A DNA stretch of 64,000 bases from Bacteroidales bacterium (GCA_023133485.1 JAGLWK010000071.1:2181-66180); one strand, 5' to 3'. Positions 30,702 to 39,261 are shown, counted from the stretch's first letter. Notes: generated by a model from the sequence alone, not told the origin. Made by a program: numbers and translations.

Positions 30702-31556
30702 ATGACAAAAATGAAAAGATTACGCATTTATTTATATAGTGGATTATTTTTGATGCTATCTGTTTTTTTTACTTTGTTGATTGCAATATTAAGTGAAAAA
30801 TCAACAATTAATAAATATATTAATCCAATAGGTCAATTACCAATACTCGGTCCTGCAATTGCTTCTTTTTTACTGATATTATTTAGCCGAAAAAAAAACT
30901 TTTCAAATCTGAATTTTTTTAAATTTAACATATCCATACTTCTTAAAATAATTGGTGTATTTATTATTTTTAATATTATTGTAACAATAACTCAATTAAT
31001 TTTTGGAAATATAGTTTATGAACCTAACAATATTCCTAAAGAATTATTCAATATCCAATTTCCTAATTCAGTTTATATTTTAATTACATGTTTCCTGACT
31101 ATATTTTATGCCGGATTTGGGGAAGAAATCGGGTGGAGAGGGTTTTTATTCAATAAGTTAAATACCCTTCCTTACTTGGAAATGACATTATTATTAAATA
31201 TTGTGTGGGCTTTATGGCATTTACCTATGTTTATTTTGGGTGGTATGGGGCACGGAAACATAGTTTTTAGCTTTGTACTATTTACTATTACATGCTTAGA
31301 ATTTGGAATTTTACTTAATTACATTAGAATTAAAACTAATTCTGTGTTTGGAGCAATTTTTCTTCATCCTTTTGCTAATATCTGTGGCTTTATCTCATTA
31401 GGTATATTTAGGATTGATAATGAATTTTGGGCTGGACATTCTAATATTATTTCAATATTGATTTTGTTACCGTTTTCAATATATTACTATTTGGAAGGGA
31501 AGAAGTTATATAATATTAAAAACTCCACTTTTAATAATCAAATTTTAAAACAATGA
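30702..31556 (+). CDS. CPBP-family intramembrane glutamic endopeptidase
   Basis: Polytopic, with the EEIGWRGFLF (EExxxR), ALWHLP and FLHPFAN motifs. ATG starts at 30702 or 30711 are preferred over the TTG at 30687. Confidence 0.75.
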   Translation: MTKMKRLRIYLYSGLFLMLSVFFTLLIAILSEKSTINKYINPIGQLPILGPAIASFLLILFSRKKNFSNLNFFKFNISILLKIIGVFIIFNIIVTITQLIFGNIVYEPNNIPKELFNIQFPNSVYILITCFLTIFYAGFGEEIGWRGFLFNKLNTLPYLEMTLLLNIVWALWHLPMFILGGMGHGNIVFSFVLFTITCLEFGILLNYIRIKTNSVFGAIFLHPFANICGFISLGIFRIDNEFWAGHSNIISILILLPFSIYYYLEGKKLYNIKNSTFNNQILKQ

Positions 31557-32517
31557 AAAAGGTTTTTCTACTTACAACTATTATATTAAGTATCTCTGTC
31601 TGCTTTTTAAAGGCACAAAATCCAGATTCAACAATAAATACAATTTTGAATGAGTATATATTAAGTGTGAATTCTTTAGATGCAGGAATATTAGTTGGAA
31701 TAATTGATAATAGCACCGAAATATCAAAGATATATTCGTGTGGAATGATAAACAAAGAAAATGATTTAAGCTTAGTTTGTCCGGCATCAAAACCTGCTAT
31801 TAGCTATATGATTCTTAATAAAAAAATTGACATTAATACAACTATTAATAAATGGTTTCCAACTGAAAACGGATATACCAAATCGAATTTAATTACTATA
31901 AAAATGTTATTATCTAACACAAGTGGAATAGCGGATTATGTTGGATTATTTGAAAAAGAATTAAAATGTAATCCTTTAAAAACCGTTGAAACAGCATATA
32001 AAAACCATGAATTAGCTTTTAATCCCGATGATTCAATTCTTTATTCTAATACTAATTTCAATATTGCAGGTTAATACTTGAAAAAGAAACAGGAAGGAGT
32101 GTAAACAATTTATTAAATGAATATTTCAAGGAGATTGCTCCTTCAATCAGAATGGATGATGGACATGGAAATTACCCTAAAGGTTACCCATTATTGCCTT
32201 ATCATTTTAGTCAATTAGGTTTTGCTGGTGGCTTGATAGGTAATATTGATGACTATTTGAAAATGATGTCATTTATTTCAAGTCAAGTTGAATTTAAAGA
32301 AATGACGAATTGGGTAAAAGAATATAATGGAATTAAATATGGACTTGGACTTTTTGGACAAGAAAATGTTGTTTTTTATCATGGTAATTCCGGCGCAAAT
32401 AATTCTTTCCTTTTGAAAATTAACTCTAAAATAATTTATTTTCATACAACTAATGAAATGGATTTTCAGAGATTTCAAGGATTGATTAATAAATTAGTAC
32501 CAATATTAATAAGCTAA
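31553..32517 (+). pseudogene. serine hydrolase (beta-lactamase/PBP4-like family), frameshifted
   Basis: ORF 31553-32074 ends ...YSNTNFNIAG*. The +1 frame continues LILEKETGRSVNNLLNEYF... in phase with ORF 32152-32517. One extra T in ggTTaat at about 32071 would fuse them. I saw no clean SxxK motif. Confidence 0.7.
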
Positions 32518-32675
32518 TAATAAATGGTTTATGCTACACAAAATTCTAATTTTTCACTAATGATGAAAATTTAGTAGTAAACACTAATAAATTTAATATT
32601 ACAATAAATAAAACAGATATATATCATTTGCAATTAAGTTTGACTGATGGTGATGAGAGTTGTGTTATAATAGTT

Positions 32676-34586
32676 TTAAAGCTTATAAAACCGAATTAAA
32701 AAATCATCAATAAGAAAATTTTTCTTTTTTGAATTCCAGATATAAATTTTGATATAATCATATCTTAAAGGTTTGTATTCTTTGGGTAATTCAAAAGTGA
32801 AAAACACTTTTGTCCAGTTATCTGAATCAATAAAACTATCAAATTTTCTTCCACGCCAGATTATTACAGAATCACCCGCGTGAAAACTCAGAGCAATATG
32901 CACACCATCAATATCGTCAATTGGTTTACACAACAAACTCATTTTAATTTTTTTAAAGGCAGACCTGTAAATATCAAATATTTTGTTTTGATAATTTAAT
33001 CCGTATTCTACCGAATCGTTAAAATAGTAGCAATATTTACTGTTCCGCGGACATGCACTATCCGTGTTTACAATATATCCTGTCCATTTTGTACTGTCTT
33101 CAAAATCTTCGAAATATTCAGCTACAGGTTTTGGTTCTTTAGCTATATTATCAGCAGGATTTTTACCGAATAATTTAATTTCCGAATTAAAAAATATTTC
33201 CTGTTCAATTATTGCAGGATATTTGGTTTTAATCAAATCGTATATTTCTTCAGGATTAAATTTTGTTGACCATGCATGTAAAAAATATGGAGTTTGACTG
33301 TTCTCAATTATCTTTTTATAAATCAGAAGTTCTTCTTCGTCTGTATAATCATATTTTTTAAATTTTGTTGTTTCTACTCCCAATTCATTCAGATAATAAT
33401 TAATATAATAAGGCTGATTAATATTAATGGTTTTTGTAATATTTTCTTCGCCATATTTATTGCTCCAGTCTTCTGTTAATTGTGCAATTTTTTTAAATTC
33501 TCCAAAATGTTGTGTTTGATAATATTTTTGTTCAATAATTGTACTGAACAGCAAAATAGCTGTATATAAACCAAGAAGCGAATAATTAATTTTAGGAAAT
33601 TTTATATTTATAAAAGAAAATGAAAAGAGCAACAAATAAGGAAATGAAAATAATAAAACTGAATTTTGTAATACAGGATTACGATATGTAGAATAAAAAT
33701 ATCCTATTAAAAAAGGGAGTAAAAACCATATTAAAGATATTATCCTGAACTTGCTAAATATTTTGATTTTACTTAATAATAAAACTGTTGCAGTAATTAT
33801 AACAATTATAGAAATTAAAACTATAAATGAATTATTAAATACAAATAATATATGCTCCATTAACCAATTAGCTTTCGGAACCGATAACAATCCCACATCT
33901 TTTGAGCCAAACTGATGAAGGGTGATTTTTAGATGGGGTAAAAACAAGATTAACGGAGAAATTAATCCTATCAGATATATTTTATAATTTGTCCTTTTTA
34001 AAAAGAGCAATCCGGTTAATCCAACAATAATAGCAAATAAGAAAGAAAAATAATGTATATAAAAACAAGCAACAGATGATAAAATATAGGCGATTAATAT
34101 TTTTATATTTTTTTGATTATCAGTGAATAATAATTTTGTCCAGAAATAAACCGTTAACAATGAAAATAAAAGTCCTATACTGTACATTCTTGCAATTTGG
34201 CTGTAAAACAATGGAAATTGTAAAACAGCAATTGAAACTGCAGTAAATAATCCAACTTGTTTGTTAAACCATAAGGATGAAATTAGATAAATAATAAATA
34301 TTGAAAATATACCGGCTATTATATAAGGAATTCTAATTGACAGAACAGAAAATCCAAATAATTTTGTCCAGTAATACATAAATACCTGTATTCCTGCTGG
34401 ATTTCCGTCAGGATAAACACCTTCTGTAATTAATTGTTTAAAATTATCATATTGTAACCTGCTTAATATACTTAGTTCATCATTACCAAGAGACATTTCA
34501 GCACAATTATAAAACCTTAAAATACAGCCAATTAATATAATTATAGCAAGAATAATTTCATTTTTGTATTTACTTAATTTATCCAT
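32676..34586 (-). CDS. GT-C fold glycosyltransferase (family 39 / PMT_2, ArnT-like) with a C-terminal soluble domain
   Basis: About 11 TM helices in the first 350 aa, with a first-loop GNDELS...YPDGNPAG motif. The tail of about 250 aa is non-membrane. Confidence 0.65.
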   Translation of the reverse strand: MDKLSKYKNEIILAIIILIGCILRFYNCAEMSLGNDELSILSRLQYDNFKQLITEGVYPDGNPAGIQVFMYYWTKLFGFSVLSIRIPYIIAGIFSIFIIYLISSLWFNKQVGLFTAVSIAVLQFPLFYSQIARMYSIGLLFSLLTVYFWTKLLFTDNQKNIKILIAYILSSVACFYIHYFSFLFAIIVGLTGLLFLKRTNYKIYLIGLISPLILFLPHLKITLHQFGSKDVGLLSVPKANWLMEHILFVFNNSFIVLISIIVIITATVLLLSKIKIFSKFRIISLIWFLLPFLIGYFYSTYRNPVLQNSVLLFSFPYLLLFSFSFINIKFPKINYSLLGLYTAILLFSTIIEQKYYQTQHFGEFKKIAQLTEDWSNKYGEENITKTININQPYYINYYLNELGVETTKFKKYDYTDEEELLIYKKIIENSQTPYFLHAWSTKFNPEEIYDLIKTKYPAIIEQEIFFNSEIKLFGKNPADNIAKEPKPVAEYFEDFEDSTKWTGYIVNTDSACPRNSKYCYYFNDSVEYGLNYQNKIFDIYRSAFKKIKMSLLCKPIDDIDGVHIALSFHAGDSVIIWRGRKFDSFIDSDNWTKVFFTFELPKEYKPLRYDYIKIYIWNSKKKNFLIDDFLIRFYKL

Positions 34587-34638
34587 GTTATAGTTTTTAA
34601 AAAATTTGCTCCGAATTTACGCTTTTTTTTGTTTGTAT

Positions 34639-34674
34639 AAAAAAAAGGTCTTTGCAATGCAAAGACCTTTTTTC
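34639..34674. terminator. bidirectional rho-independent terminator
   Basis: An A-run, then the hairpin GGTCTTTG-caatg-CAAAGACC, then a T-run. It sits directly 3' of tRNA-Arg on the minus strand. Confidence 0.65.
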
Positions 34675-34679
34675 TATTG

Positions 34680-34753
34680 TGACCCAGAGAGGACTCGAAC
34701 CCCCAACCCTCAGAGCCGAAATCTGATATTCTATCCAGTTGAACTACTGGGCC
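34680..34753 (-). tRNA. tRNA-Arg (anticodon UCG)
   Basis: I folded the cloverleaf by hand. The acceptor stem is GGCCCAG/CTGGGTC with one G-U pair, and the D stem is GTTC/GAAT. The anticodon stem is TCAGA/TCTGA with loop TTTCGGC, and the T arm is GGGGG-TTCGAGT-CCTCT. CCA is not encoded. Confidence 0.85.
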
Positions 34754-34759
34754 AACTTA

Positions 34760-34767
34760 CAAAATTA
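34760..34767 (-). promoter_or_regulatory. candidate -7 box (TAATTTTG) for tRNA-Arg
   Basis: The reverse complement of caaaatta is an exact TAnnTTTG match, ending 6 nt upstream of the tRNA 5' end. Confidence 0.4.
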
Positions 34768-34808
34768 AAGTAAAAAGTTAACAATTGACAATTAACAGTA
34801 GGCAAAAT

Positions 34809-34965
34809 CAGGGCAAACCCATGAAAAAACAAGTATAATAATCTCAGTACATTAAAAACAAATAATAATTCCATAGGAATTTTCTATTTGTAGCCCTGAA
34901 TGGAAGTTCAGGGATGTAAATTATGCAATTCATAATAAGTCCCGTTAGGGATGACCTGTAATTTA
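34809..34965. repeat. left arm of the inverted repeat flanking the RAYT gene (REP-like hairpins)
   Basis: Contains CAGGGCAAACCCATGAAA (34809-34826) and the hairpins CCCTGAA-tggaag-TTCAGGG (34894-34913) and TCCC-gtta-GGGA (34940-34951). All three are mirrored on the right side. Confidence 0.65.
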
Positions 34966-35427
34966 TTAATCATAAAATTCAAAAAGATATTTTTCGTTAT
35001 ATTCAATCCCAAATTTATTAAGGAATTCAATATATTCATCTCTAAATGTTCTCTTTTTATGATGTTGTTGTTGATTTATTATATGTTTTATAACATTATC
35101 TATTTGTGAATGTGAATATGTAAATGCTCCATACCCTGACTGCCAACAAAATTTTGATTTATACCAATTTTTTTCATTTATAAATTTTGAAGAAACTGAT
35201 TTTATTTCCTGAATTGTCTTTGAGATAGAATAAGAAGGATGTTGCCCTAAAAATATATGAACATGATCGGGCATATTATTTATTGCAAGCATTTTACAAT
35301 TACGATTTTGTACAATACCTGTAATGTATTTCTGTAATTCATCATTATTTTCTTGCTTTAGAAAATTAATTCTTCCTTTTACTGTAAAAACGTAATGAAC
35401 ATAAGCCTGTATGAATGAATTTGCCAT
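34966..35427 (-). CDS. IS200-like Y1 (HUH) transposase, REP-associated tyrosine transposase (RAYT)-like
   Basis: 153 aa with YVHYVFTVKGR, the HUH motif PDHVHIFL and the tyrosine motif QSGYGAFTYS. Confidence 0.75.
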   Translation of the reverse strand: MANSFIQAYVHYVFTVKGRINFLKQENNDELQKYITGIVQNRNCKMLAINNMPDHVHIFLGQHPSYSISKTIQEIKSVSSKFINEKNWYKSKFCWQSGYGAFTYSHSQIDNVIKHIINQQQHHKKRTFRDEYIEFLNKFGIEYNEKYLFEFYD

Positions 35428-35622
35428 AATTTATTTTTTAGATCGTCCTTCACAGGACTTTAATTTTATTCGTTATTTATTTACACTGCACTTCCGTACA
35501 GTGCTATAAATAGAATGTCCTTAACAGGACAAATTTAATTTGATGACAAATATAAAATAGTTAAGGTAAGTACAGATATAAAATTTAATTTAAAAAAAAA
35601 ATTATTTCATGCGTTTGCCCTG
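35428..35622. repeat. right arm of the inverted repeat flanking the RAYT gene
   Basis: Hairpins GTCCT-tcac-AGGAC (35445-35458), CACTG-cacttccgta-CAGTG (35484-35503) and TGTCCT-taac-AGGACA (35516-35531). The outer TTTCATGCGTTTGCCCTG (35605-35622) is the revcomp homologue of 34809-34826. Confidence 0.65.
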
Positions 35623-35718
35623 TAGGCAAAATTGTTTACTATCAAATTAAAACTTTTCTAATCAATTTACTATATCTATGTTCTTTATTAACTCTGTGAA
35701 TGGTTACAATCTTTTTGT

Positions 35719-36285
35719 TTATTTCCACCTTGATATTTCAATTTCAAAACCTGCAAGGTCAAGAACCCTGTTTACGACTGTATCAACTAAATCGTTAATT
35801 GTTTGTGGATTATTGTAAAAGGAAGGATTTGCAGGACAAATTATTCCGCCTGCTTCAGTCAATATTTTCATATTATTAATTGTTATCAAACTGTAAGGTG
35901 TTTCTCTTGGGACAATAATTAATTTTTTTCTTTCTTTTAAAATTACTTCTGCTGCTCTTGAAATTAAATCGTCAGATATTCCATTTGCAATACGTCCCAG
36001 TGTTCCAATTGAACATGGACAAATTATCATTGTATCGAATTTTGCAGAACCTGAAGCAAAGGGAGCAAAAAAATTGTTATTATCATAAATTTTAAAAGGT
36101 AATTGTTTGTAACTTTTGTTATCTAATTCATAATGCCAAATATCATAAGCATTCTTTGAAAAAACAACTTCTACTTCTTCGATTTGTTCGGTAAGACTAA
36201 TTAATTTTTCGAATAATCTTTTAGCATAAATTGTACCACTTGCTCCGGCAACTGCAACGATTATTCTTTTTTGATTTCCATTCAA
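35719..36285 (-). CDS. ubiX: flavin prenyltransferase
   Basis: 188 aa with RIIVAVAGASGTIYAKRL, MIICPCSIGTLG and the PRETP motif. Confidence 0.9.
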   Translation of the reverse strand: MNGNQKRIIVAVAGASGTIYAKRLFEKLISLTEQIEEVEVVFSKNAYDIWHYELDNKSYKQLPFKIYDNNNFFAPFASGSAKFDTMIICPCSIGTLGRIANGISDDLISRAAEVILKERKKLIIVPRETPYSLITINNMKILTEAGGIICPANPSFYNNPQTINDLVDTVVNRVLDLAGFEIEISRWK

Positions 36286-36495
36286 AACTTTAGTTTTTTT
36301 GAAAAATTGTAACTAATCAGTTTGTTTATAGTGTTAGTTTTGTGATTGTTGCAAAATTTATTTTTACCGCAAGGAACGCTAAGTATTTACGCAAAGAGCG
36401 CTAAGTTGTTGAATATGTATTATTTGTGAACCTTGCGATTTTTTTAGTAAATTTTGTAGTTAAATTAAATAATTTATATCTGTAAAAATATTTTT

Positions 36496-36517
36496 ACAAA
36501 TATGCGCATATTTGTAA
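36496..36517. promoter_or_regulatory. 22-bp perfect palindrome (operator-like), overlapping an 18-bp palindrome at 36482-36499
   Basis: The two palindromes are TACAAATATGC|GCATATTTGTA and TGTAAAAAT|ATTTTTACA. They lie between the stop of the Wzi-like gene and the ubiX start. Confidence 0.3.
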
Positions 36518-36563
36518 ATTAATCTAAACAGCAATGATGTTTTTTTTATGTAAATTATTCAAA

Positions 36564-38213
36564 TTAAAAATCGTAATAAAAATTATTTAATGATGTTTTA
36601 ATTCCAAAAGACACAAAACTAGCTTTATTCACAGTTATTTCAGATTTTTCTTCTCTATAAACAAACTCAACAAACACATTCATATAAGTTTTTGGATTAA
36701 TTAGATAGTTGAATCGGAATTTAGCGAATATTAATTCTGTATGTAATCCTTGTCCTGTTTTATTATTATATGAAGGAAAACCTCTTTGTGCCTCATAGTC
36801 GGAACGAAAAATATCTTTTCCCCAGTGAAAATTTGCTGTATCAGCACCATAAACAGCATAATTCAATTTAAATTCAACAAACCAATCTTTAAATCTATAA
36901 TTTAAAATTGTAACCGATTCTTTAAAATTTGCACCAAAGGGATGGGCTAATGCTTGATTATAATGACTGTAATTTTGCAATGGTGTTTTATGTGCATATA
37001 CATAAGGTCTTACATTATTATATTCTGTTTGAAAATACAAATTTGGAATTGAGAATAAATCATAAAACTTTATCCCTAACTGATAACCATATTTATTTAA
37101 GATATAACCACCGTTACCTGTACTATCTTCCTTTGATCTTCCAAAATCAATGTCATCAATAATAAGTTGGCTGTAATATGTAATATTATTGTTGATTTTA
37201 ATTTTAAGATTTGAACCTATTAACGCATTATCGGGAGAACCCAAAGAAAATTCAACAGGACGGTAAAAAATCACAGGGTTTATATAGTTTATGTCAAACC
37301 CTCTGCTTCCTGTAGAATCTGCTCTTTGCCATATAATTGATTCAAACATACCAAAACTTATATATTTGTTAATATTAATGCTTAAATAATGAGTAGTGCT
37401 TTGTTTTCTTTGAAATCCTCCGGGGTAACTATGATTTGAATTCAAGTCCAAATATGTTGTATATAAATTAGTATATTGTAGTTTCCATATATTGGTAGTT
37501 ATTTTAAAGAAAGGATAATTAAAAGAATTATCAGATAATAATAATGACCTGTATCCATCACCAATAAAATTTTTACCATGACCAAATTGGAAATTAAAAT
37601 ATTTTTTGGGCGAATAAGAAATTAATCCTGTAGCATAAGCATAATCATAGCCATTCGTTTTAAAGTTTTTTACAAAACCTTGTCCGGGTACAATTCTGTT
37701 TTTCGATACAAAATCATTTAAATAGCTATTAAAAAAAGATTGATTTTCGCAAAATAATGATTCAAAATAAAGATTATTACCCAAAATACCCTTAATTATA
37801 ATTCCACGTGTGTTATTATAAATTTTAGATATATTTTTACTTTTTTCACTGTTTTCAAGTTCATAACTAAAATTAAAAAGTGGGTCAATCGTTAAATAAA
37901 AATCAGTAGTATCAACAATTATAAAGTTTTCGTATCTAAGCTTTCTTTTGAACCATGAATAATTTTTGTAATCAGCATTTCTGTTGAGCATTAAAACAGA
38001 ATCAAAGCCCGAAGAATCTACAGAAGATATATATGGCTTGAAAGAAGAATGGAAATTTGCTCCTAAATCATTAATAGATTTTTCAATGGTTTGGTTGAGA
38101 TTTCTGTTTAATGGAAGAATTTGTTGAGAAAATAAAGATTTGCAAAACAAAATAAGAAACAGAAAGATGATGGTATTTAAAGAATATTTTGTCATATTAA
38201 TATTGAATTTCAA
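36564..38213 (-). CDS. outer-membrane beta-barrel protein, Wzi/RemB-like (capsule or gliding-polysaccharide assembly)
   Basis: Signal peptide and 549 aa. The FGHGKNFIGDGYRSLLLSD motif and the C-terminal beta-barrel pattern recall Bacteroidota proteins annotated as Wzi-family or RemB. The family call is from memory only. Confidence 0.55.
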   Translation of the reverse strand: MKFNINMTKYSLNTIIFLFLILFCKSLFSQQILPLNRNLNQTIEKSINDLGANFHSSFKPYISSVDSSGFDSVLMLNRNADYKNYSWFKRKLRYENFIIVDTTDFYLTIDPLFNFSYELENSEKSKNISKIYNNTRGIIIKGILGNNLYFESLFCENQSFFNSYLNDFVSKNRIVPGQGFVKNFKTNGYDYAYATGLISYSPKKYFNFQFGHGKNFIGDGYRSLLLSDNSFNYPFFKITTNIWKLQYTNLYTTYLDLNSNHSYPGGFQRKQSTTHYLSININKYISFGMFESIIWQRADSTGSRGFDINYINPVIFYRPVEFSLGSPDNALIGSNLKIKINNNITYYSQLIIDDIDFGRSKEDSTGNGGYILNKYGYQLGIKFYDLFSIPNLYFQTEYNNVRPYVYAHKTPLQNYSHYNQALAHPFGANFKESVTILNYRFKDWFVEFKLNYAVYGADTANFHWGKDIFRSDYEAQRGFPSYNNKTGQGLHTELIFAKFRFNYLINPKTYMNVFVEFVYREEKSEITVNKASFVSFGIKTSLNNFYYDF

Positions 38214-38376
38214 TCGCAGGTTAATTTTTAATTATTTAACTATAATTGTTAAATTGTTATTCTACAACAATGTAGCAATTGAACAATATAATAATTTCAT
38301 TGAGGAAGTTAAATATTTAATTGCTATTGTTATTAATAAAAATAACGTTTTTAGTGAGTTCAGGATATGGGTGATA

Positions 38377-38946
38377 TTATAATATTTTTTGGATTTCTTC
38401 TAATACTTTAGAAAGATTTGTTTCTTTAGATTCTATTATTGTTTTTTGTGTGTTTTCTATTATATGCTTATGATGAGGGAATGTAGCTATTTCGGGATGG
38501 TGGGGTGCATTATCATATCTAAAGATTAAATTTTTATCTTTATTCATTAGGTTATATCTATATTTTAATAAAGAGATGTCATCATTTAATTTAGCAAGCT
38601 CTAAAAATTCTAAAATATAGAAATTTACTATTATTATTTTACCTTGTACTATACCAATTTTAAGGGATTTTACTTCGTATTTAATCTCATGTGTGGCAAT
38701 AATAGGCGATTTTGATACTAATTTTTCTATCCCGATTAATTCATAAACTTAAAAGATAGAATCCTGAATTAATCTGACAGCCTGTTCCGATTTCTCGGAA
38801 ACTTAGTAAAGCTAATATTTTGCTACGCTTCACTTCCAAAATTTAAGCTTTACTAAGTCGGGGTTAACCTGCATTATTTTAATGCTTTACGAAAACGTAT
38901 GAATAATGCAGGCTATAATCCTGAAGTATTCTTTTATATCCTCCAT
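38377..38946 (-). pseudogene. TumE/DUF6516-like toxin gene interrupted by a MITE
   Basis: The 3' part (38377-38730) encodes ...LIFRYDNAPHHPEIATFPHHKH..., with no start codon. The 5' part (ATG at 38946, MEDIKEYFRII) overlaps the upstream gene's stop by 13 nt. Removing 38731-38912 plus one CTAT joins the two parts in frame. Confidence 0.7.
38731..38912 (-). mobile_element. MITE copy A (182 bp, non-coding)
   Basis: Imperfect terminal inverted repeats, a 4-bp duplication CTAT (38727-30 and 38913-16), and near-identity to 45249-45410. Confidence 0.7.
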
Positions 38947-39227
38947 GAATCCAAAATTTTTTTAATCTCCTTATATTCAGTCGTTATCTCACTCAATGCT
39001 TCAAATTCAGATGCCCATAACATAATATCCTGAGAATCTCCCATTTGACCATCACTAAATTTTTGATAGAATTTTTTGGAACTTATATTATGTTTGTTTT
39101 CAAAAATTTTTAATTTTTCTATAGTATTATTTATATTTATTTTCAGTATTTCTAATTCACGCTTTAAAGCATTGTAAATAATTGGAGCCGTAGATGTCGG
39201 CATTTTGAAAGTTGTTGTAGCCGTCAT
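38934..39227 (-). CDS. putative antitoxin partner of the TumE-like gene
   Basis: 97 aa and helical, with its stop overlapping the toxin ATG. The call rests on the gene arrangement only. Confidence 0.45.
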   Translation of the reverse strand: MTATTTFKMPTSTAPIIYNALKRELEILKININNTIEKLKIFENKHNISSKKFYQKFSDGQMGDSQDIMLWASEFEALSEITTEYKEIKKILDSWRI

Positions 39228-39261
39228 ATTATATTATTTTAAGATAATAAAGATAACAAAT

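Noticed and set aside
38140-38382. An 80-aa plus-strand ORF spanning the start of the Wzi-like gene and its upstream region.
   Set aside because: It overlaps the Wzi-like N-terminus on the opposite strand. The rest is low-complexity AT-rich intergenic sequence with no motif support.
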